This document shows, piece after piece, positions 34,314 to 45,607 of a stretch of 64,000 nt of DNA. Below the pieces are notes generated by a model. That model saw only the letters and a program-made list of their open reading frames with translations, was not told the DNA's origin and searched no databases. The stretch comes from Entomortierella parvispora E1425 (Eukaryota; Fungi; Mortierellomycota): positions 682,001 through 746,000 of the forward strand of contig BQFW01000014.1 in NCBI GenBank assembly GCA_020891255.1, given 5' to 3'. Made by a program: the position numbers and the translations under genes. How positions within the stretch are numbered: the first letter of the stretch is position 1; every line of letters starts with the position of its first letter.

Positions 34314-35035
34314 GTTGCTGAAATGAAGGGTGGTTCTCCCCCCCCCCCCTCTCTTTCTATCCCCTTTTCCCTTTCTCTTCCCCTCTGTTGCCTCCCGTCT
34401 CCGACATGGCAGGCATGTCAGCCCATCGCCCAATTGCCCTTTCTTTCTTTTTTTTTTTCTTTCTAAAAACAACACAACAAAAAAAAAAATAGGACATGCA
34501 ATTTTGTATATAATATAGATATCTCCTCTCTCTCTCTCTTTCTTCCTTCAACCCTTCTCTTCAACCCTTCTCTTCTTCTTCCCCTACTCTCTCGTGCTTC
34601 TGCCCAGTTCTCCGGTTTGGATGCTTCTCCTGTACATAATAATAAACTCAAAGATAAAAAAAAAACAAAAAACAATCGACTCCAAAACACCTTAAAAAAA
34701 ACCGATCGAAAAAATGACCCAAAAATACAACTGGCACCGCCTCCCCCCCCTTGTGTAAGAGGGCTGAGTTCAGTAGGGAGGGTTGGGACGAGAAAAAAAG
34801 CGAGAACAGAACCTTCCAATGATTGGTAGCTTTACCAATTTCGCCCATTCGAGCCCATCCATTATTACTCTTCAAATTTCATTTGTGGTTTTTTTATTAT
34901 TTTTTTTTGTCCTTTCTCTGAGATGGCCAAGGGAGAGAGTCATTAATGAGGGTAGGGTTGAATGAAACTAGAGAAAAGTTTGTATATGTACATGGGGAGA
35001 GAGAGAGGGGGGGGGGGAAGGGTGTTGTTTTTGTA

Positions 35036-37597
35036 TCATGAAAGCATGTCCGAGTCCGTAGTGAACAGGGCTTGGTAGACGTCTCCAAAGGAGCGAGTCG
35101 TCGAAGCCGCCTGAGCTGCCGGGGTATCATATGGTCGAGGAGAAAAGATGAAATCGGGCAAAGGCAGCGTCAGTCTTGGTGCTGGGCGTGTCCGTTTCGA
35201 GACAGCAGCCAGCTTTCGGCTGTGGATAGTCACTGCTGCAGACTTGCTGCTGCTGCTGTTGTTGTTGATGTTATTGGCCAAAGAGAACATCATCTCTTTG
35301 TCGTTCTGACGACGGCCCACGACGACATCCTTCTCATCGCCATCTTTCTCCATAAACGTGCGAGATGAAGAGGTGGACGCGGCGGCAGCGGCGGCAGCAC
35401 CTTCGGCCAAGACTTGCATCGTTTGAAGTCCAGACCAGAGGTTTCTTCTCTTTTTCTTTTGTTGTTGTTGAGCACTATCCGACGATCCACCAGAGGAGGA
35501 CTTTGGAACAGGTGCCAGGTTCCAGGAGTTGCGAGGCGAAAACAAAGAGGGTCCGCTTGATTCAGCCTGTGACTGCTGCTGCTCTTCTTCATCATCATCT
35601 TCACAGGCCGTGAAGAAGGAGCAGTGGCTTGAAGTGGTAGTCGAATTCATAGAGGAGGGTCGAGAGCAGGCCTCGAACGAAGACACTGAGGACGCGGACG
35701 AGGAAGAGCAGGACGAAGACAAGAGTGGGGGGACCGAAAAGGTCGTCTGGAGGAACGATGGTGTCTCTGGGATCATCATCATAAACTCCTCCTCGTTAGA
35801 AAGACACATGGTCGAAAACTGCTCCGTGGTCGGGGTCTTGGGAGATAGAGACAAGGCTGTGCACTGTCGTTGAGGAGGGGATGGAGGGGAAGATGGTGGC
35901 GAGGATACTTTTGAAAGGGGCGAGTGACCTACACTCCATCGTCTGGAGGCCGAGGTGGGAGACGCGGAGAGTCGTGGATGGGAGGAGAGTCGATGGGCGG
36001 GGCTGCTGTTCGCGGATTGGAAGGGTTTGTTGTTGGGATACTCATCCCTTCCATGCTCATCCGGTGTCAGTGGTCGCTTATGGAACTCCTGCCGGACTGG
36101 CGTCGTGGCCATCTCGATAGGCATGGAGGTGACCACGGTATCCTTCAGCATCGGTGTACTGTACAGGTCGCCAGAGTCCTGCGATGAGAAGGCAGCGGCG
36201 AAAGGGTAAGGGGGCTCCTCGTCGTCGTCATCTTCCATCTGCGAGCTCCACGAATTCCTGCTTCCAGTCGACATTGTGTCTGCTGTGGACATGTTGATGG
36301 GTGTTGTCGAAGACGAGGAGACAGAGGAGGAGGTGCAGGATGATGCCATCTTCTTTTTCCTCTGGAGATCTTTCTCAAACTCGGCCAGCTGGTACATCAG
36401 ACTCATGTTCGGTGAGATCACGCCCGATTTAGTCTTGACAAAGTCGTATGCCTCAGAGAGGCCCATCCCTTGCGACCGCATTACGCACGCAATGACCAAA
36501 CTGGCTGACCGAGAGACGCCCAGCTGGCAGTGCACCAGCACCTTTCCGCCTTCCTTTGACCCCATCGTAGCCTCGTCCATCATCCGGAAGGCTGTTGGGA
36601 AATCCCGGAGGAGGTTGCGTTGGTGGTGGGTCCAGGCCAAGCTCTTGTACTCGATTCCTTCCCGCAATCCATCGCACTGCTTGTTCACTGGTGTTGCTGA
36701 GCCGTTGATGTTGCTGTTACTGTTGTTGTGGTTGTCATTATCTTTTGCGATTTCAATGGCTACATTCAGCACAAATGTGATCCCCAGTCGCTTGAGAGTG
36801 TTCAGATCCGTCGCATTGTGCTCTGCGCCCAAGTACAAGTTTGGTAGCACCATGACTGGCTCTGATACGTAGGGCGAAGCAGCTCCACATTCGATACTAT
36901 AGTCTGAAAAGTAGGCAGAGATTGTCCGAGGTCCACCATTACTTGGCAGAGCTGATCTCGTGGGGCCTGTTGGCGGTGATAATGACGATGAAGAGGAGGT
37001 GGCAATGGTCGAATGGATGGCGAGAGGGAACCGAGGCGACGGAAGAGCTTCTTCCAGGGACAGCTGGCTATTCCTCTTTGACAGGGGCTGCAGTAATGAA
37101 GGTGTTGCGGGCGAGGCCGACACTTTAAGAGAATTGGATGATAGTGGAGCAGGTGTGAAGGCCCTCCGTGAGGACAATGAGCTGGTCATGGGCGGGAAGG
37201 ATGGGGAAGGGGTGACAATGATGGGTAGACTCAAACTCGAAGGGATTTTTGACTTGTAGCTGCTGTTGCTGCAAGTGCTACTGCTAGAGTTGGTGTTGTT
37301 GCCGATGGTGTTGTTAAAAGTGGTCGTCGTGGGGGTCATTCTGTGCAGATGGCTATTGTTGTTGTGGTTCTGGGTGTTGTTCTCTTGCTCGAACGACGGA
37401 GGCGGGACAACCATCAGGGACAATCGTTTCGAATTTCGGGCTTTTTTCATTTCTTGGGCCAGCAAGGGCTGACGGTGGATTGAAAAAGGTGTAGAGGAGG
37501 ATGCTGCTGATGGAGAGTGTTGTGGAGGAGTAGGCATGGTCATGGTCGATAACGAGCCGCTGTGTGATGAAGATCCAAAGAGGCTGTGGGGGGACAT
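35036..37597 (-). CDS. Dual-specificity (MAP kinase) phosphatase, Msg5/Pmp1-like, intronless 853 aa
   Basis: EPVMVLPNLYLGAE, ITFVLNVA, catalytic VLVHCQLGVSRSASLVIA, ISPNMSLMYQL, and N-terminal MAPK-docking-like KKARNSKRLSL. Confidence 0.92.
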   Translation of the reverse strand: MSPHSLFGSSSHSGSLSTMTMPTPPQHSPSAASSSTPFSIHRQPLLAQEMKKARNSKRLSLMVVPPPSFEQENNTQNHNNNSHLHRMTPTTTTFNNTIGNNTNSSSSTCSNSSYKSKIPSSLSLPIIVTPSPSFPPMTSSLSSRRAFTPAPLSSNSLKVSASPATPSLLQPLSKRNSQLSLEEALPSPRFPLAIHSTIATSSSSSLSPPTGPTRSALPSNGGPRTISAYFSDYSIECGAASPYVSEPVMVLPNLYLGAEHNATDLNTLKRLGITFVLNVAIEIAKDNDNHNNSNSNINGSATPVNKQCDGLREGIEYKSLAWTHHQRNLLRDFPTAFRMMDEATMGSKEGGKVLVHCQLGVSRSASLVIACVMRSQGMGLSEAYDFVKTKSGVISPNMSLMYQLAEFEKDLQRKKKMASSCTSSSVSSSSTTPINMSTADTMSTGSRNSWSSQMEDDDDEEPPYPFAAAFSSQDSGDLYSTPMLKDTVVTSMPIEMATTPVRQEFHKRPLTPDEHGRDEYPNNKPFQSANSSPAHRLSSHPRLSASPTSASRRWSVGHSPLSKVSSPPSSPPSPPQRQCTALSLSPKTPTTEQFSTMCLSNEEEFMMMIPETPSFLQTTFSVPPLLSSSCSSSSASSVSSFEACSRPSSMNSTTTSSHCSFFTACEDDDEEEQQQSQAESSGPSLFSPRNSWNLAPVPKSSSGGSSDSAQQQQKKKRRNLWSGLQTMQVLAEGAAAAAAASTSSSRTFMEKDGDEKDVVVGRRQNDKEMMFSLANNINNNSSSSKSAAVTIHSRKLAAVSKRTRPAPRLTLPLPDFIFSPRPYDTPAAQAASTTRSFGDVYQALFTTDSDMLS

Positions 37598-40289
37598 CTT
37601 AATTCTTTAGTATGGAGTGAAAGCTGAGCAATGCCGGGCTAGGTCGTGGTGCCTGGAGAGGATAGAGGGGAAAAGAGGGATTAGTGGTGATGGAAGGTGG
37701 CAGCGACAGCGGTTGATGATGACGGTGGCTGTGTGGAAAGTCTTTGCGGGAAAGACCAATTGGATAAAAGACGTAGAGAAAGAGGATCGAAAAAGAAAGA
37801 AAGAGAAAGAGTGCGAAAAAAACGGTTGAAAAGAGTTGAAAAAAGGTAAGAAAAGTCAGCTTGGTCCCATTCCTGCTGGCTGGTGAAGGAGGGGAAAGGG
37901 GCCAGCAAACAAAACACAAAACAAAAATCATATTGTTCGATATGGACGTACACCGCTCTTTGGGCCTTTGCCCCTCGTCTTAATGTTTGCAAACACCGCA
38001 GGAGTGACCCATCTTTCCCTTCTCGGTGTAGACTATTTCTACGACGTTTGAATGGGGCAATGATGGTGATGATAATAACAGAAAACGAAAAAAGATCGTG
38101 AGGAGGGTACAATGGTCTAACTGCAGTTACACTGTGGTCCAGTTGTTTCTCTTACACTTTGGCACCTGCAGAACTCCAAGAAAATTTGACGTTCGAAAAA
38201 AAGAAAAAAAAAATCTGGGATGGACGGCGAGACAGTTTGAGGAGAGAAGAGGATAGGGCTGTGTCAAAAACGGGGGATCAAGAATGAGAGGCAACAGGGC
38301 TGCGACAGTGTAGGGCCGAAGGGCAGGAAGGGAAGGGGAGAGACAAAGAAGGTGAAGTAGAACTGTTGATGGAGAAGGTATCAAGTGATAGCCTTCGTTC
38401 GAGGCTGGCAAGGGACAGGATATTAAAAACAGAAAGTAAAAATACACCAACAATAAAAGAAAATGGACGATGAACCCATCAACATATCATCCTTGCACAT
38501 GTCTCGAGCCAAGGGACACATTGCTCAAAGAGCCGAAACGTGTCATCGGTCAGCACAGGACTCCAGGTTAGGCCAGGATCATCCAAGGAGGCATTGCAAT
38601 GTGTTGCAAAAGAGAGTGAAAAGAAGAAGAAAAAAAATCCCAAACACCGATGATGTCCCTCCCGCGTTTCATGTGTTTTGCAGACAGAGCCAGGAGTGGA
38701 TGAAAAAAGGGACATTGTCATAACGGCCAAACTAGGCAAGATCAACCTTGACCAAGGGCCAGGCCAGATTGCAAGCAAAAAGGAAACAACGCCTTCAATT
38801 GCCGAAGAGTCCCTTGGTCTATCGCCAAAGAACTAAAAAGGCAAGAAGGATGGGCGTCATGGTGTCATCGCTTCCTCACTTTTCTCAAAAAAATCCTGCG
38901 GAGTAGGATCGTCGGATTTTAGTGTGGTAGGGTCCGAAGCGAAGAGAGAAATGAAATAAATACAAGTTGGGAGCTAGGGCAAATAAGAAATCACAAGAAG
39001 ATGGAGTTGCACAAACGAGTAATCCAGACGCCGGGCAGGGGATGGTTTGTAAAAAGGGGTGAGGGTGCTCCTCTGTGACGAATGGCACCCCTGGGCAGAG
39101 AGAGGGAGGAAGAGGCCAGAGCTCAAATACAAATGAAAATGAAGACGGTGCCCAAAGCACCAACAGAAGATAATATCACAAACAAAGTGGTCGGGGGAAG
39201 GCGTGCACAAAGAGGATTGAGTGTCCTCTTTTTTGCGCTGGGCGTCTAATAAGTGTCGCCGATATCCTACCTGCCAAGTCGTGTTCAGTCGAGATTGTGA
39301 TGTGGGTTGATTGGTTGACTTGGGATGCTGGAATGAGATCTTGAAGTGGCAAGATGTATGAATGAAGAAGTGTCAAGGATGCAGGGGGAAATGCGTGGAA
39401 TGTGAAGGGAGGTATCGGTTGAGTGAGTGAGCGAGTGGTTGAGTGGACAAGTGAATGAATGAAAAAGTGAATGAATGAACAGAGTGAAGAGAGTGCCGAA
39501 GTGTGAGCAGGGAGGAAGAAGTGAGGGTGAGTGAGAGAAGACAGGGAAGGCAAAGAAGAGAGAGGAGAGAGAGGAGGGACAGGGCCAGGGCCAGGGACAG
39601 GGAGAGAGCGGTAGCAAATCCGATAGTAGCTCAATTGAACGGCTGGACTGACGGAAAGGGTATAGAGAGGGTAAGAGGAAGAAAGGTGAGCCAAGCAAAG
39701 AGTGAGCGAACAAGCAAAGAGAGCCAAGCAGGTGAACGAAAGGAGGGCGTAAAGAAGAAAAAGAAAAATGCAATTTCGCTCCCCAAGGAGCGACGCGTTG
39801 ATTCGATTTCGATTGCGGAAATGAAGCCAAATGAAGATCATAATTGCATGGCTCTGATTGGCTGGTCACCATATGGCTGGGAACTCTGAAAAAAAAAGTG
39901 TGCCTGGGTCACGTGTATCTAATTTATTTGCGGCAGGCAGGAAAGAACAGCCATGAAAATGACCAGAACGAAGGAGAACAGAGAGCAATTGCAGAAAGAG
40001 GGTGAACCCGCACCGAACAGGAACTGACTTGCAAAGGTGTCGAAATACTGTATAACAACATGAGGCGCTGACACCAGCACGACTAAAGAAAATGAGAGCC
40101 AGACGGCGGCTGTACCGACTCGACTCGACTCGGCGTATATGTAGCCAGGGGGCAGTACCTTGCAGTTCGTCATGGGCCCCAACTCTCTTCTTTCAGAGCC
40201 AAGAGAGCAGCCAGGAAGCACGATGGGGGCACTCTTTGGCGCCCCGTGCTTTTGAGCACTCGCATATCTGGCGGTCTTCTATTTTTTTT

Positions 40290-41210
40290 TCACTGCCACT
40301 GATCGTCTGCTGTCTGGACGACTGCCAGCAGTCTCAGAATGTCCAATGGTTGCGTTACCAAAAAGGAGTCCTTTTCCTGCTGCAAAAATACACCGCTGTC
40401 TTTACGATCATGTTTGAACAATTCGTTTCCAACCTGGTCGATCTCTGGGTCGTCCTCTTCATCCCCGATGGTCCCGGGCATTCCGTAGATAGGATGGTTC
40501 AATGGATGTGAAAGAACCCAGGACCCCTCCTTTTCGTCTGATGCATCCTCGTCATCTTCGTCGCCGCCAACATCGTCGTCCATCAGAGTCTCCTCGTCTT
40601 CCTCCTCCTTGCGCTCGAAGTCTTCTTCGTAGTCGCTGTCTCCGTATTCTTGTTCGTCCAAGGAGGAGAGTCGAAGGTGCCCCCCTGTCGAAGATTCCTC
40701 CATCAGATCTTTGAATGGCGTATAGGACAGAGAGGAAAGGAGGCCGACTAGTGCTAATGGGTTCGACTGAATGCTATCCTCACGTCTTTCTTTCACCTCC
40801 TCTTCCTCCTCAAGTTGATCATAACAAGTCTTGGCCACGCGGTCAATCCCCCCTCGCTCATCAACAAGATCGTTCAAAGTTGGCCGAGAGGAAGGAGAAC
40901 AGCCAAAATAGAAGAGGTCTCCTTCAGAATGAGGAGGGTGCTCGTCGCAAGGCGTCAACAGGTTGTTGGAGATCATATCGGGAATCTCGCCGAGCTCGAG
41001 TTGGATTTCCCATAGACTGGAATAGCCTTCGTGAGGGTGTGGAGGCTGCTGAAGACCGATCGACATAGGGAGGGTATCGTGGTCTCCGTCTTGCAATGAT
41101 GCAAGAGAGTCGCTGGAAGAAGAGAACGTAGAGACAGATAGACGGCGTGGCTGACTCTGATGATCAGCGTTATTGCTATGGGCTCGTTCAGCTTTGTGAG
41201 GAAAGGACAA
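40290..41210 (-). CDS. Uncharacterised acidic low-complexity protein
   Basis: 306-codon open frame with coherent composition (E/D runs, RKDSGVFL). The listed start is TTG and the first in-frame ATG is 41066, so an upstream exon is possible. No recognisable domain. Confidence 0.5.
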   Translation of the reverse strand: MSFPHKAERAHSNNADHQSQPRRLSVSTFSSSSDSLASLQDGDHDTLPMSIGLQQPPHPHEGYSSLWEIQLELGEIPDMISNNLLTPCDEHPPHSEGDLFYFGCSPSSRPTLNDLVDERGGIDRVAKTCYDQLEEEEEVKERREDSIQSNPLALVGLLSSLSYTPFKDLMEESSTGGHLRLSSLDEQEYGDSDYEEDFERKEEEDEETLMDDDVGGDEDDEDASDEKEGSWVLSHPLNHPIYGMPGTIGDEEDDPEIDQVGNELFKHDRKDSGVFLQQEKDSFLVTQPLDILRLLAVVQTADDQWQ

Positions 41211-42496
41211 CGAATGAAAGATGAATTAATAAACAACCAGAAGCATTGTAATATGTACAGTGTTGCGGCCTGTTCTGTGGTAGGTTCACGAACCTTCAAG
41301 ACTTCTGCTCGTCTTTAACCTGCTTAGCAGTTGACTTGCGAGACCTTTGGTGTCATGAACCACATGGCCCCAGAACGCATCCGACCTGGTCATGACAATT
41401 GGAGACCGCAATCAGAACGATGGGTACTTTTGATAACAAGGAAAAGGAGGAGTGAATATGAGGTTGACCCGCGAAGAGGGCACACAAGTCGGACGGGCGA
41501 ACGTTTTGGAAAGAAGACGACGAAGAGAAAAGATGTGGATTTGACCGGGTTGGATGTTCTTTATTTTATTTTATTTTCAGTCGAGATGGAGAATCGCTCT
41601 GTGATCAGAAGAAAGAGTAGCCTGTTTATGACATGGACGTAGGGAAAATAAAAGAAGGAAGCAAAAAAGAGGTTGGTTGGCAAGAGAACGCTGTGGAGAA
41701 GGAGAAGCAATCGGGTTGCTGCAGACGGCAGGACTGTGGGGACGTTCAAGATTGCACGATGTTCACACAATGCTTGCCTCTTTCTGCGAACCCCCTTTTT
41801 TAATTTTCTTGCAGTGTTCAGTGAAGGCGCAGGAACACAAAAAAAGAATGAAACGATTGTCAGCCTGTCGCTGAATTTGCCTCATGAAGTTCCTTGAACC
41901 GGCTGACATACACAAACGCGTCTTTGCCTCTTTGGTCATGAAAACACACCGATGTGGTTTCCAGCATTCTCGTTATTATCGTTATTATGATGAGTGTGTT
42001 TGTCTCACAGCACAATGGGATCAAATGAAGAGACACACACTAATGTCTATTGCACACGAGAACGGAAGTATACGTTGTCTTTTCTCAAGCGATAAAAGCG
42101 CGTCATTGTGGATGGCAAATGTGGTTGCCTTCCCATCATGGGTTTCCAGGCAGACCACAGTTTGTTTATAGGCTAAGGGTCTTTCCTATTTCTCTTCCCT
42201 TCAGGAGTGCGAGGGAGGGGCGACGCAAGGCAAGAGAAGCTCTGAACCATCGATTTGGTGGCGCACATTCACATTGGACAGCGCCCCTCAAGGAGAAGCA
42301 CGTGACTCAAGAACCCCTTAAGCATACGAAGTGATTGTTCTTTGATGTTCCCCTTGAGGCCAGAAAAGACACGCAGCAGGCCCGAGTGGAGATTGCGAAA
42401 GGAGAAAGAAAGCTGTTGTGTTTGTCGCGATCATCTGTTCATCCTTCATCCTCATCCCCTCCCTCCTTCCCTCCCTCCATCCCTCGCACCTTCATC

Positions 42497-44814
42497 ATGT
42501 ACGCATCACAGCAGAGCACAAGCCTGTTCCTGGGCGGAGAGCGCACCTCGGGACAAACCATCAGAGATCAGAATGGTAACCACAAGCGACACTTCCTCCA
42601 TTGGCCTTGCCAGGCCCCAATGCATGACTCAGGCAGCTGCCGTCTGTTCCCAAGCAGACAACGCATGCAGCTTGTCGTCTATTGAATGTTGCGACGCGTA
42701 CAACATTGCACCCAGGGATTAATCTACAGACATAACCCATACCGTTCTTGAGAACATTTAATGCATGCCTGCTCGTGCGAGAACAAATCACGATCAGATC
42801 TCTCATCAGCCTCAGATTATTAATGCAGGCGTTCTTGTTCAATTCTATAGTCCTTGCTGCGTCTTCTATCGCCAACATTGTCAAGTCCTCTTTGGGACCA
42901 GTTGGTTTGGACAAGATGATTGTCAACGAGATTGGAGTATGTGTCGCTTTGTCGCGCAGTGATGACCCTGATCAGGCATTGCCACCAAATAGTTGTTAAC
43001 CTCTTTCTTTCTTTCTCGTCGCGACCTTTATCAGGATGTCACCATCACCAACGACGGCGCCACCATTCTGAACATGTTGGAGGTTGAGCACCCAGCTGGA
43101 CGTATTTTGGTCGAGTTGGCTCAGCAGCAGGATAAGGAGGTTGGTGATGGCACCACCTCGGTCGTCATTATTGCCGCCGAGCTCTTGAAGAGAGCCAACG
43201 AGTTGGTCAAGAACAAGATCCACCCCACCACCATCATTACAGGATACAGAATGGCTTCCAGGGAGGCTTGCAACTTCATCGCTGATCAAATGGCTATCAA
43301 GGTTGACACTTTGGGCCGTGATTGCCTCGTCAACGCTGCCAAGACCAGCATGTCCAGCAAGATTATTGGATCGTAAGAACAACACGCTGCATCAAGGAGT
43401 TAATCGTTGAAGCATCTTTAAAGGCAGAGAGCTCAGGGACCTAACGCTTTAGCCTTGTTATAATTTCCGCTTTAGCCACGACGAGTTGTTCTCAAACATG
43501 GCCGTTGATGCCATGCTTGCCGTCAAGTCCACCAACAGCCGTGGCGAACACAAATATCCTGTCAAGGCTGTCAACATTTTGAAGGCTCATGGAAAGAGTG
43601 CTACCGAGTCGACTCTGATCAAGGGATATGCTCTTAACTGCACAGTTGCCAGTCAGGCCATGAAGACCAAGGTCACAAACGCCAAGATTGCTTGCTTGGA
43701 TATTAACCTCCAGAAGGTCCGCATGAACTTGGGTGTTCATATTATGGTGGATGATCCTGATAAGCTTGAGGATATCCGCAAGAGGTAATATAATCACTGC
43801 TGATACTGTTGAATTCAGGGTGCTCGACCTTAGTTGGACTTTGGCTGACCAATTCACTTCAATTTTACAGGGAGAGTGATATCACAACGGAACGCATCAA
43901 GAAGATTCTTGCAACTGGAGCCAACGTCATTTTGACGACCAAGGGTATTGACGATATGTGCTTGAAGTTGTTTGTTGAGGCTGGCGCCATGGCCGTCCGT
44001 CGTTGCAAGAAGGAGGATCTCCGCCGCATTGCCAAGGCTACTGGCGCTACCTTGATCTCAACTCTTGCCAACTTGGAGGGCGAGGAGACTTATGACGCTT
44101 CGTATTTGGGATACGCTGAGGAGGTCGTTCAGGAGAGAATCTCTGATGATGAGTGCATCTTGGTCAAGGGAACCAAGGCTCAGTCATCTGCCTCGATCAT
44201 TCTTCGTGGAGCCAACGATTTCATGCTGGACGAGATGGAGCGCTCTTTGCACGATTCCTTGTGCGTAGTCAAGCGTACCTTGGAGAGCGGAAGCGTCGTG
44301 CCAGGAGGAGGAGCTGTCGAGACTGCTTTGAACATTTACCTCGAGAAGTTTGCCACCACTTTGGTAAGTGAGAAATGGGCGAAGGCCGATGACCATTGTG
44401 AGTCCACCACAACCCCTGTTAGAAACTCTAACTAACTATATTCTTTGGCTATTGTATATATAGGGTTCCCGTGAGCAATTGGCCATCGCCGAGTTTGCCA
44501 GTGCCCTTTTGGTTATCCCCAAGACCCTGGCTGTTAACGCCGCCAAGGATTCCACCGATCTTGTTGCTACCCTTCGTGTCTACCATAACGCTTCTCAGAC
44601 TGACAAGTCTCGTGAGGGCTTCAAGTGGTATGGTCTTGACCTGATCAAGGGAGAAGTTCGCGATAATGTCCATGCCGGTGTCCTTGAGCCTGCTTTGTCC
44701 AAGATCCGTGCTTTGCGTTCCGCCACCGAGACCGCCTTGTCGATCCTCCGTATCGATGATATGATCACTGTTGCACCCGAGCAGCGCGAGCAAGATGACG
44801 GCCATGGTCATTAA
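42497..44814 (+). CDS. TCP1: Chaperonin CCT alpha subunit (TCP-1 alpha)
   Basis: MYASQQSTSLFLGGERTSG, SSLGPVGLDKM, TITNDGATIL, EVGDGTTSVV, VVPGGGAVE, LRIDD. Multi-exon; intron 1 is 42576-42850. Confidence 0.97.
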
Positions 44815-45091
44815 GCGAGTACCCATGTTAGAGAAGCAGCCTTGTTTTTGTTTGCAATACAGAAAAAAATGCAGAGATGGCAAGGGCGTGCAGGAGCAGG
44901 AGAAGGAGCTTTTTTCTTTTGTATTTCGTGTCCATATTATCGCATCCATTTTCAAATAAAAAGATGTCAAAATGACCCCGGTGTTTATGGTGAAATGGGA
45001 GTGAGGTGTTGCTTTATTTCGAAGCTTTCAGATGAGTCCCCCTCTCAATGAGAAGACAAAGAGTAACAAACAGAGTGCACGGTCATCTTAC

Positions 45092-45379
45092 CTTCCCCCA
45101 GACTGCTGCAAGCATCTTTACATTCTTGAAAAGTTCTTGCTTTCAATAGGAGGATTGTGGGGCATTTGGGTGTCTTTGTGTCGATATCATTATCAAGAAG
45201 GATGTGGGCGCCTCCCACAATGCTGGCAGGTGGCGCGTTTTGGACAAGTTTTGCTGCCCGATTGGTGTCCACGGGCATCTCTTTGGGGCTGTTGAGACTG
45301 CTCTAGGACGGGGTATGCTTGCTACCTGGGCGACCAAAGTGGCCACAGTAATGGTCAAGGCAGCAGGAAGAAGAACCAT
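45092..45379 (-). pseudogene. Truncated, frameshifted paralogous copy of exon 1 of the neighbouring carboxylesterase
   Basis: MVLLP... start in one frame and LVQNAPPASIVGGAHILLDNDIDTKTPKCP...CSSLGEG in another, versus LVQNAPSASTLGGAHILLDNDVDTKTPKYP...CASLGEG in the intact gene. Same GAAG|GTAA donor, no downstream exons. Confidence 0.8.
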
Positions 45380-45607
45380 TGGTTTTGTGAAAGGAAAAAG
45401 CGGGGGTTTGTCTTCTGGGAGTTGCTCTCCGACCCCTTGTTCTTTTATGTGCCATTGAGAACCGGTGGATGGCCTGGTCTCAATACATGTGCGAAGGCCA
45501 CTACCTGAAACCGCTTGCAACTACCGTCTTTACCCGACCACAGGGCACAACTGACCAAGCAGTAGATTCACATATATTTATTTATACCGATAGACACAAT
45601 AGATAGT

